The notes under the pieces are model-generated. The model had not been told where the DNA came from. It did not search any database and saw only the letters and a program-made list of their open reading frames with translations. Positions 39,625-48,995 of a stretch of DNA of 64,000 nt are shown here, piece after piece (the stretch's first letter is position 1; each line of letters starts with the position of its first letter). The position numbers were made by a program, and so were the translations under genes. The DNA is from a virus, in the IMG/VR virus record IMGVR_UViG_3300044627_003356; one strand, written 5' to 3'.

Positions 39625-40512
39625 TTAATCTTCTTCAGCTAACTTGCTGAAATATGCCATATCATCATCTTCCGATTCATCTTTAAAAGGAGAATCATTA
39701 GATTTAGTTTTGGCGTCAAAGTTCTTCGCTTTGGTTTGTTCTACGGTTGTCTTTGGTGCTTCACCATTGAGACCTAGAACTTTATCAAGGCGTTGTTTCA
39801 GAACATCATATGACTTGAATTCTTTATCAGAAGTCATCTCAGACAAAGAGAACTCTGACTTCCAAATCTTTTCCAATTCATCATCATCACTCAACAATGG
39901 AGATGATGATTCAAATTCAGACTTGTCATAGTTCTGATAACCTTCAACCTTACGAATCTTTAATTTGAAGTTGGCACCTTTCCATAAATCAAATGGATTG
40001 ACTGCTGTTTCATCTTCAAACTGAGGATTCATCGCTTCAGTAATCTTATCAAAGATTTTCTTACCAAACTTAAACAATTTAACCTGACCTTCATTCTCAG
40101 GATGTTTTGGGTCGGACACAATATAAACGTTGGCAATGTAATTTAGTTTACGTTTTTGTTTACGAACAATATCTTTATTCGCTTCGATACCAGAATTCCA
40201 CAATGCAGAATTGTGTTCACACACAGGACATTGTTGATTTTTGGTGGTTAAACAGTTATCAATTAACCAACCACCAGGACCTTGAAATCCATGTGAGAAT
40301 ACTTTGACCCATGGTAATGCATCATCGCCATCTACAGCAGGTGCTGGTAGAAAACGAATCGTAGCCATGCCGTTGCCAGCTTTGTCTACTTCTGGTCGCC
40401 AGAAATTATCGGATTTTTCGTTACCCTCGGATGAGGTATTGAGTGCCTCGATTGCTTTAGATAACTTATCGAGGTTGCCAGATTGGCGTTTGAGGTTCGC
40501 AAATGAACTCAT
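39625..40512 (-). CDS. gp32: single-stranded DNA-binding protein gp32
   Basis: W.P..DK.GNG.A.IRFLP; H.FQGPGGW...C.....CPVC; P.NEG.V.LF.FGKKI; GANFKLK; NYD.S.F; acidic tail. Confidence 0.96.
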   Translation of the reverse strand: MSSFANLKRQSGNLDKLSKAIEALNTSSEGNEKSDNFWRPEVDKAGNGMATIRFLPAPAVDGDDALPWVKVFSHGFQGPGGWLIDNCLTTKNQQCPVCEHNSALWNSGIEANKDIVRKQKRKLNYIANVYIVSDPKHPENEGQVKLFKFGKKIFDKITEAMNPQFEDETAVNPFDLWKGANFKLKIRKVEGYQNYDKSEFESSSPLLSDDDELEKIWKSEFSLSEMTSDKEFKSYDVLKQRLDKVLGLNGEAPKTTVEQTKAKNFDAKTKSNDSPFKDESEDDDMAYFSKLAEED

Positions 40513-40576
40513 AATTTACTTCCTTTCGTATAAACGGATTATTAACGGTGTATAAAACGGCTTGTCCACATTATTC

Positions 40577-40605
40577 ATTATATAAGAATATTTATCCAAT
40601 GTCAA
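40577..40605 (-). promoter_or_regulatory. consensus sigma70 promoter with nested late promoter upstream of gp32
   Basis: TTGACA-17 nt-TATAAT with GATAAATA in the spacer. Confidence 0.85.
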
Positions 40606-41087
40606 GTATACATTTTCAAAATACCGATGGTGGTCATAGCATCAGTATGAAGTATACCAATACCACCCTCTACTCTCCATTGGTCGATGTTCTGTGAAGT
40701 ATCATCAATCAATAGTGAATTTTCATTAGAGAAATCTCTCTTAAATCTTTTACCTGGTACTAAATTAACAGGAAACTCAATGTTGTGTTTATTCAACCAA
40801 TCAATTTTTTGTTCTCTAATTTCTGCATCACGCTTTTCGGATGATGTTGAAGATAGAATCTCTGTTGGTATTGATAATGACCTGAGGTAGTTAATTAGCA
40901 TCAGAGCATCAGGCATTAAATCTAATTTGGCAAACTGTCTTTCAGCAATGAACATGGTAAAAAACTTATCAAATGTTTTGTATGTGTCTGCATCTTTTGG
41001 TTCAATCTTATACAATTCTTTGTATCGCTTATTGAAATCAGCAATCACACCATCCATGTCCAAGTAAATCTTGGTAATCTTATGCAT
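40602..41087 (-). CDS. HAD-family 5'(3')-deoxyribonucleotidase-like protein
   Basis: IYLDMDGVIADF; ILSS; K..WL; LLIDD...NI..W...GG.GI. Confidence 0.8.
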   Translation of the reverse strand: MHKITKIYLDMDGVIADFNKRYKELYKIEPKDADTYKTFDKFFTMFIAERQFAKLDLMPDALMLINYLRSLSIPTEILSSTSSEKRDAEIREQKIDWLNKHNIEFPVNLVPGKRFKRDFSNENSLLIDDTSQNIDQWRVEGGIGILHTDAMTTIGILKMYT

Positions 41088-41700
41088 ATTCTTTAATCTT
41101 TTCTTTTAAAAACTTCGTAAACTTTTCTTTATCGTATTGTATAAACGGTGTATATTTCTTTATAATTCTTCGGTGTGTTGGCCAAATAATATCTTCGGTG
41201 ATTTGTTTTTCCCATTTTGGCATACAACCAAGTATATCAACTAGGATACAAACTGTTTCCAATGAAATCTTATCGTGCATCATTTTGGTAATTAACATTG
41301 GCCAACCACCATCGATTGGTTTAAAGTAATCATCAATATGCCAGAACTCAGCACCATCAACACTATCAAACATATACATTATATCATTCTCAAAGGTATA
41401 TGTCAAGCTCTGTTGGGTTTTTTGCCACTTGGTATAGTTCTCATCACCATCCTGAAGTAAGTCGCCCACCCAATCACCTTTACCTTGGATAAAGTTGGCA
41501 ATATAGAAGTTTTTTAATTCTTCTATATCGTATTTACGGGATAATTTATAGAATTGGTATTTTGATTTGTTGATGGTGAATGTCTGTTTAGATACATTTG
41601 TTTTTCCGTTATACTTAAAGTAATCGTAAGATTCGGAAGTAAAATGCAACTTCAAGGCATTCCATAATGCATATGCGGCAAAACCTGAATTTTCTGTCAT
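41080..41700 (-). CDS. gp59: helicase loader gp59
   Basis: ALKLHFT...YDYFKY.GK; F.KLS.KY; SL.Y.F..D; ISLET; KY.PF. Confidence 0.9.
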   Translation of the reverse strand: MTENSGFAAYALWNALKLHFTSESYDYFKYNGKTNVSKQTFTINKSKYQFYKLSRKYDIEELKNFYIANFIQGKGDWVGDLLQDGDENYTKWQKTQQSLTYTFENDIMYMFDSVDGAEFWHIDDYFKPIDGGWPMLITKMMHDKISLETVCILVDILGCMPKWEKQITEDIIWPTHRRIIKKYTPFIQYDKEKFTKFLKEKIKEYA

Positions 41701-41706
41701 AACAAA

Positions 41707-41928
41707 TTATAGAGGGAGTTTTGAACTCTTTTTAATCAAATTTAATTCTTGTGCTTCTTCACGAATTTTTGCTTTGAGTGCGGAAGAAATTAATGTAGAT
41801 GCCACTTCAACTTCTAATCCTTTTTCTTTGCAATGTTGTAGAATGGCATCCATGTGATTACATCTCAATTTGGATGCCAATTCTTCAATCATCATACTAA
41901 AATCTTTAATCTCACTTTTTGTTGGCAT
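41707..41928 (-). CDS. gp33: late transcription coactivator gp33
   Basis: F...IE.......MDAI...C....E.E....LIS..LK.KI..EA..LN; start taken at MPTK. Confidence 0.88.
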   Translation of the reverse strand: MPTKSEIKDFSMMIEELASKLRCNHMDAILQHCKEKGLEVEVASTLISSALKAKIREEAQELNLIKKSSKLPL

Positions 41929-41929
41929 A

Positions 41930-42472
41930 TTATATTTTACTTCTCTCTTTATAAAAAATGTGATTACCAATCTGTGTGATTCTTGGTAAATTCCAATTAG
42001 GCTTTACATAATTGGCATGATAAAACATTGCTTTCTCTTTATGGAGTGTAACATGAGCAACTTCACTTGTCAAGGCTTTCTTTGCAACAAGTACCGATTC
42101 TTCCCATTGATATGGGTTACGAACCATCGAGTATACATGGCCACAGAACCAAGAGAATTGGCAAATCATTTTACCATTGATTACATCTTTCTGTTTTACT
42201 ACACCACAAACGGTGTTTGGAAATTTGCCAGAGTTTACACGATTGAGTGTTACTTGTGCAACTGCCAATTTACCTTCAAATGATTCACCAGCAGATTCAT
42301 AATAAATGTTTTCAGCTAAACATTGAATTTCATTATTGAAATGTTGACTGGCAACTTTCATTGTTTGTTTTTCTACCTGAGCTTTTGCTACAGGCACGAA
42401 TAGATTAACCGCAATTAATATTACTGAGGTTGCAATTAAAAATTTATTAGTTACTTTTTTGTTGAAATACAT
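41930..42472 (-). CDS. SleB-like cell wall hydrolase (Hydrolase_2) with N-terminal signal/anchor
   Basis: CLAENIYYESAGE...G..AVA.V.LNRV....FP..VC.VV.Q...CQFSW; YHA.YV.P.W...IG.HIFY. Confidence 0.9.
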   Translation of the reverse strand: MYFNKKVTNKFLIATSVILIAVNLFVPVAKAQVEKQTMKVASQHFNNEIQCLAENIYYESAGESFEGKLAVAQVTLNRVNSGKFPNTVCGVVKQKDVINGKMICQFSWFCGHVYSMVRNPYQWEESVLVAKKALTSEVAHVTLHKEKAMFYHANYVKPNWNLPRITQIGNHIFYKERSKI

Positions 42473-42528
42473 CTTTCTTCCTTTTTGATGTTCTGGCCAC
42501 CAAACATCAGGCGGCCAGATTTCTCCAA

Positions 42529-42807
42529 TTACGAATTCGTTTTCTTTGTAATTTTTACTTCAGGTTGTGGAGTGGTTTGAGAAACGAAACCATTGAGCAT
42601 CTCTGCTTTTTTAATGATTTCTTCTTCGGAGGGAAATGGTGGAAAACCTGGATGTTGTGGTGAAGGAGTTCCGTTAATCTTGGATTCTTCTACCTTGGTT
42701 GTCCACTCGTTTGAAATAACTTCACGCTTGCCATAATAGTCATCGGTGAGCATTTCTTTGGCCATTTTTAAGAGTTCTAGCCGAATCTCATAAGGTGTCA
42801 TACTCAT
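42529..42807 (-). CDS. conserved phage protein (MSMTPYEIRLELLKMA family)
   Basis: 92 aa; own sigma70 and late promoters; strong SD AAGGAG. Confidence 0.7.
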   Translation of the reverse strand: MSMTPYEIRLELLKMAKEMLTDDYYGKREVISNEWTTKVEESKINGTPSPQHPGFPPFPSEEEIIKKAEMLNGFVSQTTPQPEVKITKKTNS

Positions 42808-42866
42808 TTACTTCTCCTTGTGTGTGTTTATGTGTATTACCAGCGGTTTGTGTGTTGCTGGTACTT

Positions 42867-42925
42867 TATTTATGCAGAGTTAATCTACATTCTTGGAGTG
42901 TATACTAATCCAACATAAATGTCAA
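42867..42925 (-). promoter_or_regulatory. sigma70 promoter plus late promoter for 42529..42807
   Basis: TTGACA-17 nt-TACACT (42897-42925) and CATAAATA (42867-42874). Confidence 0.7.
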
Positions 42926-42963
42926 GCGGTTGCTGCAATTATCTTACAATGTGAAACTGGTAA

Positions 42964-43083
42964 TTAACCGAACAGGTAAAATACCGTAAACAAAACGGTC
43001 AAACCGGCTGCAAGTACTATCAATGTACCTAATCTCTGTTCAATTTTTTCTTCCGAATAGTTTTCGAAGTTATCTTTACTCAT
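42964..43083 (-). CDS. 39-aa single-pass membrane protein
   Basis: MSKDNFENYSEEKIEQRLGTLIVLAAGLTVLFTVFYLFG*; TATAAATA at 43117-43124. Confidence 0.55.
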   Translation of the reverse strand: MSKDNFENYSEEKIEQRLGTLIVLAAGLTVLFTVFYLFG

Positions 43084-43173
43084 TTTTTTCTTTCGTATTA
43101 GTGTTTGTACTATTAGTATTTATACTTAGAGAATTACCATTTTTGGTCATTATAATTATGTGTGTAATTAGTT

Positions 43174-43458
43174 TTAAAAAAATTCTGCCGTTTTTTCTAT
43201 ACCATTATTTTTACAATAGTCGTTTCTGTAATTAAAAAACGATTCAACAGCTGGTTCTAATTTCCATTTTTCAAAAGTTTCGGCATCTTTAAAAATTGTA
43301 GTAAAAACTACCGTTTTTTGGTTTTCATTTTCAACTTTATAATTATCAATTATTTTATTTGTGGTTAGATATTCATCTCTGGTTTGAATAAAATTTTCAG
43401 GCACATCCCAAAAAACAGGTGGCCAAGTTGGGAATTTAAATGTCATCACGGTTGTCAT
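43174..43458 (-). CDS. hypothetical protein
   Basis: 94 aa; ATGA-coupled to the exonuclease. Confidence 0.55.
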   Translation of the reverse strand: MTTVMTFKFPTWPPVFWDVPENFIQTRDEYLTTNKIIDNYKVENENQKTVVFTTIFKDAETFEKWKLEPAVESFFNYRNDYCKNNGIEKTAEFF

Positions 43459-44111
43459 TTGTATTGGTCCTTATAAAATTGTATAGCTTTTACCAAACCA
43501 AGAATGTGGTCTTGTGTCTGTTGTTTAAATATCAATGGCTGTTCATCTTCAACCGCCATAATAATAACTAAGTTATTTATAGGTATGCCAATCATTTCTT
43601 CATACATCAAAGCGTATGCTGCCGTTTGCCAATAATAATCTTCAATGTCTGCACTTGATTTAATCTTCTTGGATGTTTTAAAATCAATTACGGATAACTC
43701 ACCATCGAACTCAGCAATACAATCGACCCTACCTGCCATTTCTAATTGTTTAGACCATAAGGCACACTCTTGATAATGAATATTGTTAATGCGATTGAGT
43801 AATGGTTTAAGTGTTCTAAACATTTCAACAGCATCAGGCATAATATCACCTAACGGTTCATTATTTAAATATCGTTCACATAGTGTATGTACATTGGTGC
43901 CACGACTAGTTGCCTTCTTTGATACACGATTGGCTTCTTCTTCACCAACTCTCTTACGCCATTTCATAATAGCTTCTTTCTTCTGAGCACCAAGAACTGT
44001 GGTGACCGATGGTAACTTCGTACCATCTTCTAGTGTGTAGTAACGTTTACCATCAGGAAAGGTTTCGGATTTTAAGTCAGCAAGGACTTTAGGGGGGCAA
44101 AATTTAAACAT
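43455..44111 (-). CDS. PD-(D/E)XK exonuclease (Cas4-like phage exonuclease)
   Basis: PSVTTVL; W..RVG.EEA; RGT.VH..CE.YL; AGRVDCIAE.DG..SVIDFKTS; Q..AY..M..E. Confidence 0.9.
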   Translation of the reverse strand: MFKFCPPKVLADLKSETFPDGKRYYTLEDGTKLPSVTTVLGAQKKEAIMKWRKRVGEEEANRVSKKATSRGTNVHTLCERYLNNEPLGDIMPDAVEMFRTLKPLLNRINNIHYQECALWSKQLEMAGRVDCIAEFDGELSVIDFKTSKKIKSSADIEDYYWQTAAYALMYEEMIGIPINNLVIIMAVEDEQPLIFKQQTQDHILGLVKAIQFYKDQYK

Positions 44112-44472
44112 TTTTTATTTTTTCCAATACTTCATTTGATATTTCATGATGATACTGATACCACAAATGCACTCTTTCTGTTTCAATAGGAATAAAAACT
44201 GAATGTTCCAGACTATTCGTCTTAATTAATACCGGTATGCCATCGGCGGGCTGATGTATTTCGGTAATTTTTCCATTTTCTTTGAATCTCCATATTGTAT
44301 CAGGACTAGTTTTTAATGCTATGTGTATTCTATAAGGTGTGTGTTCATCATAATGATAACTTATTTCATTCCAAGTATTTGGTTTAACAAATTTATCTAT
44401 TTCGGTTGTCAGCCTTTCTATATCAACAAAAAAGTTTTTTAACGGTATAAAAAAATTATTCATAGTTACCAT
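44104..44472 (-). CDS. short cupin/dioxygenase-like protein (AspH-like)
   Basis: HYD...RIHIALKT...H.PADG......T...HS......RVHL. Confidence 0.55.
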   Translation of the reverse strand: MVTMNNFFIPLKNFFVDIERLTTEIDKFVKPNTWNEISYHYDEHTPYRIHIALKTSPDTIWRFKENGKITEIHQPADGIPVLIKTNSLEHSVFIPIETERVHLWYQYHHEISNEVLEKIKNV

Positions 44473-44633
44473 TTATTTTTGGGGCATTTTGTGTCAATTA
44501 AAAGTGTTTTTGTTTTTAAAACACAATTACAAACGGAACACATTGCTACCATTTTATTAACCATAAACTCACATTTAGAACAAATTTCCATTCTTTCTTT
44601 TTGCATTTTAAATTGTGGTAAAGTTAACATCAT
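44466..44633 (-). CDS. 55-aa Cys-rich metal-binding protein
   Basis: Not in ORF track; ...ERMEICSKCEF...MCSVCNCVLKTK...TKCPKNKW*; coupled to both neighbours. Confidence 0.7.
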   Translation of the reverse strand: MMLTLPQFKMQKERMEICSKCEFMVNKMVAMCSVCNCVLKTKTLLIDTKCPKNKW

Positions 44634-45205
44634 CTTTTATCCAATAAATTTAATTCTTGAAACACTTCAACCATTTTGTCCCAAGTTTTAATATTTCCTT
44701 TTAGACGAATACTAATAGCCCATCTTGGTTTTTCCCCCATCATTATTGCATGAGGAATATCCACTCTCACTAGTGTTAAATTAGATTGTATTCGTGTTTT
44801 ATCAATTTCTTTTAATTCATCAATTGGCCAATTAATATATGGAGTTCCCGCTACAGTATATAATATTTTTTTTTCTTTTTTTGGTAATTCATACCAAATC
44901 ATATCGGAATCTTCCCCTCCCACCACAAAATTTAATCCAGATATATCACAATCAACACTTCCAACTTTTATATCTATGTGTGCAAAATTTGTATTAAAAT
45001 TTGAAGGTCTATAAAATAACATTGCATGATTTACAATAGGAATATTTAATTTTTCAATGTATTTTAACCATTCCGCATCGACAATATCTTTTATGTTTAG
45101 TCTCCAAACTCCGTTGCCTGAAGAATTATTTGGCGCTGGAAAATTCCATTGCGGATTAATAACCGGACAATCAACTTTTAATTTGTACCAACAATTATTC
45201 ATCAA
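44630..45205 (-). CDS. 2OG-Fe(II)/cupin dioxygenase-like protein
   Basis: AHID...LN.V......M.WY...LVRVDIPHA......RW.ISIR. Confidence 0.6.
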   Translation of the reverse strand: MMNNCWYKLKVDCPVINPQWNFPAPNNSSGNGVWRLNIKDIVDAEWLKYIEKLNIPIVNHAMLFYRPSNFNTNFAHIDIKVGSVDCDISGLNFVVGGEDSDMIWYELPKKEKKILYTVAGTPYINWPIDELKEIDKTRIQSNLTLVRVDIPHAIMMGEKPRWAISIRLKGNIKTWDKMVEVFQELNLLDKR

Positions 45206-45821
45206 TGTAACCCAAACGTTTTAGTATTTGTTTACAATGTTTATAATCCCATTTCCAATTTTTAAAATTCCAACCCACAGCAATTCTTTCCTGGCCACTT
45301 AAATTTTTAACTCCATGCCATTCATGTACATTAGTCAGATAAGCATTTCCATAAACTGAATATGTACATATTGGCAATGGAAAATTAGAAATAACTTGAT
45401 TATTATTAGTTTGTTTTTTTGGTAAATCATAATACTCAGAAACACACAATTCAGAACATCCATCTATTGGAAAATAAATTGCTTCAGGTCGCCATTTCCT
45501 ATCAACATGTGGACTCATTATTTGTCCTGGGTTTATTTTTGTTATTGAAGCCGATTTACTCATGTATGGCAACAAGTCTGAAAACTGTTTCCAGAGAGGA
45601 TCCAATCTACATTCTTCAGAAACAAATCCTTTATTAAAATGATTTATGTCTTTACCTTTAGATGGTTCCCATATACCATCTTTTTCCCATATGGCAACAA
45701 TAGCTCTACCTTCATAATCACTGGTCATATTTTTAGCAAAATATTTGTAATAAATTTGCCTCATTGCATTCAATTGAAATTCACTAAACTCACATTTAGA
45801 ATACAAATTGTTAGCATTCAT
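45195..45821 (-). CDS. 2OG-Fe(II) dioxygenase-like protein
   Basis: PHVD....AIYFP...L.NV.EWHGV.N....R.A. Confidence 0.65.
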   Translation of the reverse strand: MNANNLYSKCEFSEFQLNAMRQIYYKYFAKNMTSDYEGRAIVAIWEKDGIWEPSKGKDINHFNKGFVSEECRLDPLWKQFSDLLPYMSKSASITKINPGQIMSPHVDRKWRPEAIYFPIDGCSELCVSEYYDLPKKQTNNNQVISNFPLPICTYSVYGNAYLTNVHEWHGVKNLSGQERIAVGWNFKNWKWDYKHCKQILKRLGYIDE

Positions 45822-45822
45822 T

Positions 45823-46455
45823 TTAATATTCTTGTATGTGTGGATTTTTTATTCCCAATCGAATAATATCTTCATTTGTTAATTCTGGATGAAATCTTAA
45901 ACCACAAATTGTTCTATTGATATTATCAGAAATACCAGAATGTAATATTGTTGTGTTGACCAATAAAGGCCTTTCATCCCAAAGAACCCTTTTAATTTCT
46001 GTAGCGTCATGCCGAGGTAACCATCCATAATTTATTTTAGGATTCAATCCATCTTTCATTGCATCAATTAATTTAATTTTGTCAGTTTTAAACCAAGCTG
46101 TGTAAGAATTTTCATAATCTGATATACCTATGTTTATGGAGTGTGTTGAAATGTATGGGCTGTAAGCGTCAACATGAACCTTATGTATATTGTTTAATAT
46201 GACTTTTTTTGAAACCAAAATTCTACGAAATTTATTTTGCAAACCAACACTATTTAAATATTTCTTTAAGGTTGGACAATAATTATATACATGAACAGCA
46301 TCGATATTATAATAAGATGCGTTTGTTGCATAAATTTGTTTATTTGGTTCATTTATTAATTTTTTCAATTCCTCCCTAATAATTTCTAAATTAGGAATAA
46401 CAAAATAACTATAAAACCAGTCCGGAAACAATGGAGTATAAACCATTTTTTCCAC
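45823..46455 (-). CDS. 2OG-Fe(II)/cupin dioxygenase-like protein (ATG start likely 46446)
   Basis: VHVD....SINI......S.T.W...P.LVNT.ILHSG......R....LRF; CATAAATA at 46502-46509. Confidence 0.6.
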   Translation of the reverse strand: MEKMVYTPLFPDWFYSYFVIPNLEIIREELKKLINEPNKQIYATNASYYNIDAVHVYNYCPTLKKYLNSVGLQNKFRRILVSKKVILNNIHKVHVDAYSPYISTHSINIGISDYENSYTAWFKTDKIKLIDAMKDGLNPKINYGWLPRHDATEIKRVLWDERPLLVNTTILHSGISDNINRTICGLRFHPELTNEDIIRLGIKNPHIQEY

Positions 46456-46523
46456 CCATCTGGAATATTCTTGTTGCTGTTTTTCCGAGGTAATTTGTAG
46501 ATATTTATGAATTTTTATTTTTC

Positions 46524-46976
46524 CTATAACATTCTACCAACAATGATATCCTCATCAATGTAACCCATTCGATGAAGTATTGGGCTAAAGTCATTTGACG
46601 ACTTTATGTGCCAGGTAATTTTGTTGGCACCAAGTTCTTTCATTTTTTGTTCGGAATATTTAATTAATTTTAATCCAAATCTTCCTACTCTATGTTCCTT
46701 TTTTAGAAACAATACATCGTTACTTGCAACCAAGATATCTTTATAATGTATATGTGGTTTTAAAAAGAAAGCACTATAACCAATCAATTCTTTATTGATT
46801 CTAGCTGTAAATAAAAAAAACTGATTGTTATCTTCTAATTTTTTATATGCTTCCCAATCAGGATTCAATTTTACTTTATCTTTATACAAAGTAATTTCTT
46901 GGTAATGAAAATTTGTCAATTCTTCCATTTCAGGAAGAATGTCAAACAAAGATTCAATTTTTAAATCGAGTGTCAT
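46524..46976 (-). CDS. GNAT family acetyltransferase
   Basis: LIGY..F...H.HY.....A..D..FL..EHR..R.G.KL.K..E...K..G. Confidence 0.75.
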   Translation of the reverse strand: MTLDLKIESLFDILPEMEELTNFHYQEITLYKDKVKLNPDWEAYKKLEDNNQFFLFTARINKELIGYSAFFLKPHIHYKDILVASNDVLFLKKEHRVGRFGLKLIKYSEQKMKELGANKITWHIKSSNDFSPILHRMGYIDEDIIVGRML

Positions 46977-47839
46977 TATTTATTAATGTTTTGAATAATG
47001 TTTTTAAGGTTTTGAGAACCCAATGCATAAGTTGTGGATTCCTCTTGTTTAAAATCTTCAATTACTTTAGAGTTATTCATATAATCATTTATAAGATTTT
47101 GCCAATAAGTTATTGTTTCTTGTGGGGTGCCTTTAGGTGCCACGAAGCAGTAGCCCGCAATATCGATCCAATTTTTGTACAAACTATCAAAAGCAACTAA
47201 ATTTGGTTCAACACTCAATTTACTCGTTGATCCTAACATAATCAATTTTCCTGATTGTACATGGTCTTTTACAACCGCATAAGGAAGAATGGCAAAATCA
47301 GTTTGACCACCTATCAAATCCGTCAAAACATTAGAAACACTTTTGTATGAAGCTTTAACAACTTCGGTCTTTGGTTTAACATTATCCAATACTTGGTTGA
47401 TAAACAACAACTGTGCCGGTGTATTATACCCAAACGCATATGGCACACCCATCTTCATTCTTTTTGAAAAATCATTATATGATTTAACATTTGTTTTTGT
47501 ATTGGTTACCAACACGGCTGTAAATTTACGAGTTGCTGTAATGTATTCAAACTCTAAATTGTTATTTTTTACGACTGATGCTACCGATCCAATAGTTGTA
47601 TAACCAATGAAAGTACCGTCTTTCGGTGATTTAGAAAGTTCTTGTAGTCCAATAAGACCTTCAGCTCCAGGTTTCATCATTGCGACAAATTTTACATTCT
47701 TATTTTCATTTACATATTTTTCAAAATGTCTTAAAGAAAGTTCAACACCACCACCTTGGCCAAAAGGTACAATTACTTTTGTTTCGGCAAACACATTGAG
47801 AGAAAGTAGGCATAAAAATGCCAATATAATTTTATTCAT
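46976..47839 (-). CDS. Bug/TctC tripartite tricarboxylate transporter substrate-binding-like protein
   Basis: Signal peptide; VIVPF..GGG; KPGA.G.IG; DG..I; YK.....TDL.GG; APKGTP. Confidence 0.85.
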   Translation of the reverse strand: MNKIILAFLCLLSLNVFAETKVIVPFGQGGGVELSLRHFEKYVNENKNVKFVAMMKPGAEGLIGLQELSKSPKDGTFIGYTTIGSVASVVKNNNLEFEYITATRKFTAVLVTNTKTNVKSYNDFSKRMKMGVPYAFGYNTPAQLLFINQVLDNVKPKTEVVKASYKSVSNVLTDLIGGQTDFAILPYAVVKDHVQSGKLIMLGSTSKLSVEPNLVAFDSLYKNWIDIAGYCFVAPKGTPQETITYWQNLINDYMNNSKVIEDFKQEESTTYALGSQNLKNIIQNINK

Positions 47840-48995
47840 CGTTTCCTTTTCTTACAAAAAAAATATCACTAATCATTGTTTTTATTCCTGGTGTTGAACT
47901 ATTAAAATTTGTTAAGAATCTTTTATCTATACCAGAAGTGACTGTTTTGACATTACTAAAAAATGCATCTTTTAGTTCATCAAATTCACCACATTCAAAA
48001 AACCAAAACCATTTGTCTTGTCGTGTTGCACTTCTTGGTTTATCAGCTTGAAATTTGTTATAATCCCAAGTGTCATAACAAGTTAACTTACCAATATTAT
48101 TTTGAACTTGAATTATAACACTTAACTGAAAATTAAATTGTGAACCCTTTTGAGCAACGGCATTGTTTGCTACCTCATATATTCTCAAAAACTTTTTTTT
48201 ATCTTCATTAATGATATAATAATTGGCGGCCTGATATGCCATTTCAAAAGTTAAAATAGGAAAATCTGGCGACCAATAAAAACACTCTTTATTATCTGGA
48301 TCATCATCTTTTGTTTTATTGGCGTATAACATTGTTGTCGCCAAATCATTAAAAAACATATAAATGTCATTGTTGTGTATTGCTAGTGATGGTTTATCAA
48401 TACCAAAAATATGTCCGGTTCTTTTTTTCGACAATGATATATCTATACCGGTAAAAGATTGCAGTATGCCTGCTCGAGTGTGGTCAATAATTTCAAAAGA
48501 AGATTCTAAATTTTTTATAGTCAGTTCATCTGTATAATCATTAATTGTTATTTTAATTTCCGGATTAGTAAGTTTAAGTTTATCCAATTCAGGTTTGACA
48601 ACAAAATCCCATTCACTCCAGTAATTTCTGGCTGTTCCATCGACAATGTTTTTCTCATAGAACTTACCATCAACCAAGGGTTTTGGCCAATTCACAATAA
48701 TTTCATCTAATTTTATATTATTATTGATAAACGACATCAATACATTATGACTATCAGCGCCACCAGAATAATAAAGAATTAAATATTCATAGTTGTCCCG
48801 CAACTGTTGAGCTCGTTCTTTATATAATTGATTTAAAGGTATTTTACCTAAAACAGACCGGTCAAATTTTTTCCACACATCATCATGGTACATAAATTTA
48901 ACTTTAGTGTCATTACGAGATGCATAAAGTAAAGCTTCAATTTTGTTGTAAAATTTTAACCCATTCGTATACCAATAGCCATATTTTTCTGTCAT
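47832..48995 (-). CDS. PP-loop adenine-nucleotide alpha-hydrolase (AsnB-C/QueC-like)
   Basis: LY..RAQQLRD.Y.YL.LYYSGGADS.N.L..F; G.DKP; FYW. Confidence 0.7.
   Translation of the reverse strand: MTEKYGYWYTNGLKFYNKIEALLYASRNDTKVKFMYHDDVWKKFDRSVLGKIPLNQLYKERAQQLRDNYEYLILYYSGGADSHNVLMSFINNNIKLDEIIVNWPKPLVDGKFYEKNIVDGTARNYWSEWDFVVKPELDKLKLTNPEIKITINDYTDELTIKNLESSFEIIDHTRAGILQSFTGIDISLSKKRTGHIFGIDKPSLAIHNNDIYMFFNDLATTMLYANKTKDDDPDNKECFYWSPDFPILTFEMAYQAANYYIINEDKKKFLRIYEVANNAVAQKGSQFNFQLSVIIQVQNNIGKLTCYDTWDYNKFQADKPRSATRQDKWFWFFECGEFDELKDAFFSNVKTVTSGIDKRFLTNFNSSTPGIKTMISDIFFVRKGNDE

Noticed and set aside
43455-44111. Cas4 / CRISPR adaptation module
   Set aside because: Standard T4-like PD-(D/E)XK exonuclease with no Fe-S Cys cluster, cas genes or array
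46446-46500. Possible Bug C-terminal remnant (YLGKQQQEYSRWVEKM) upstream of the 45823 gene
   Set aside because: Too short to support homology by eye
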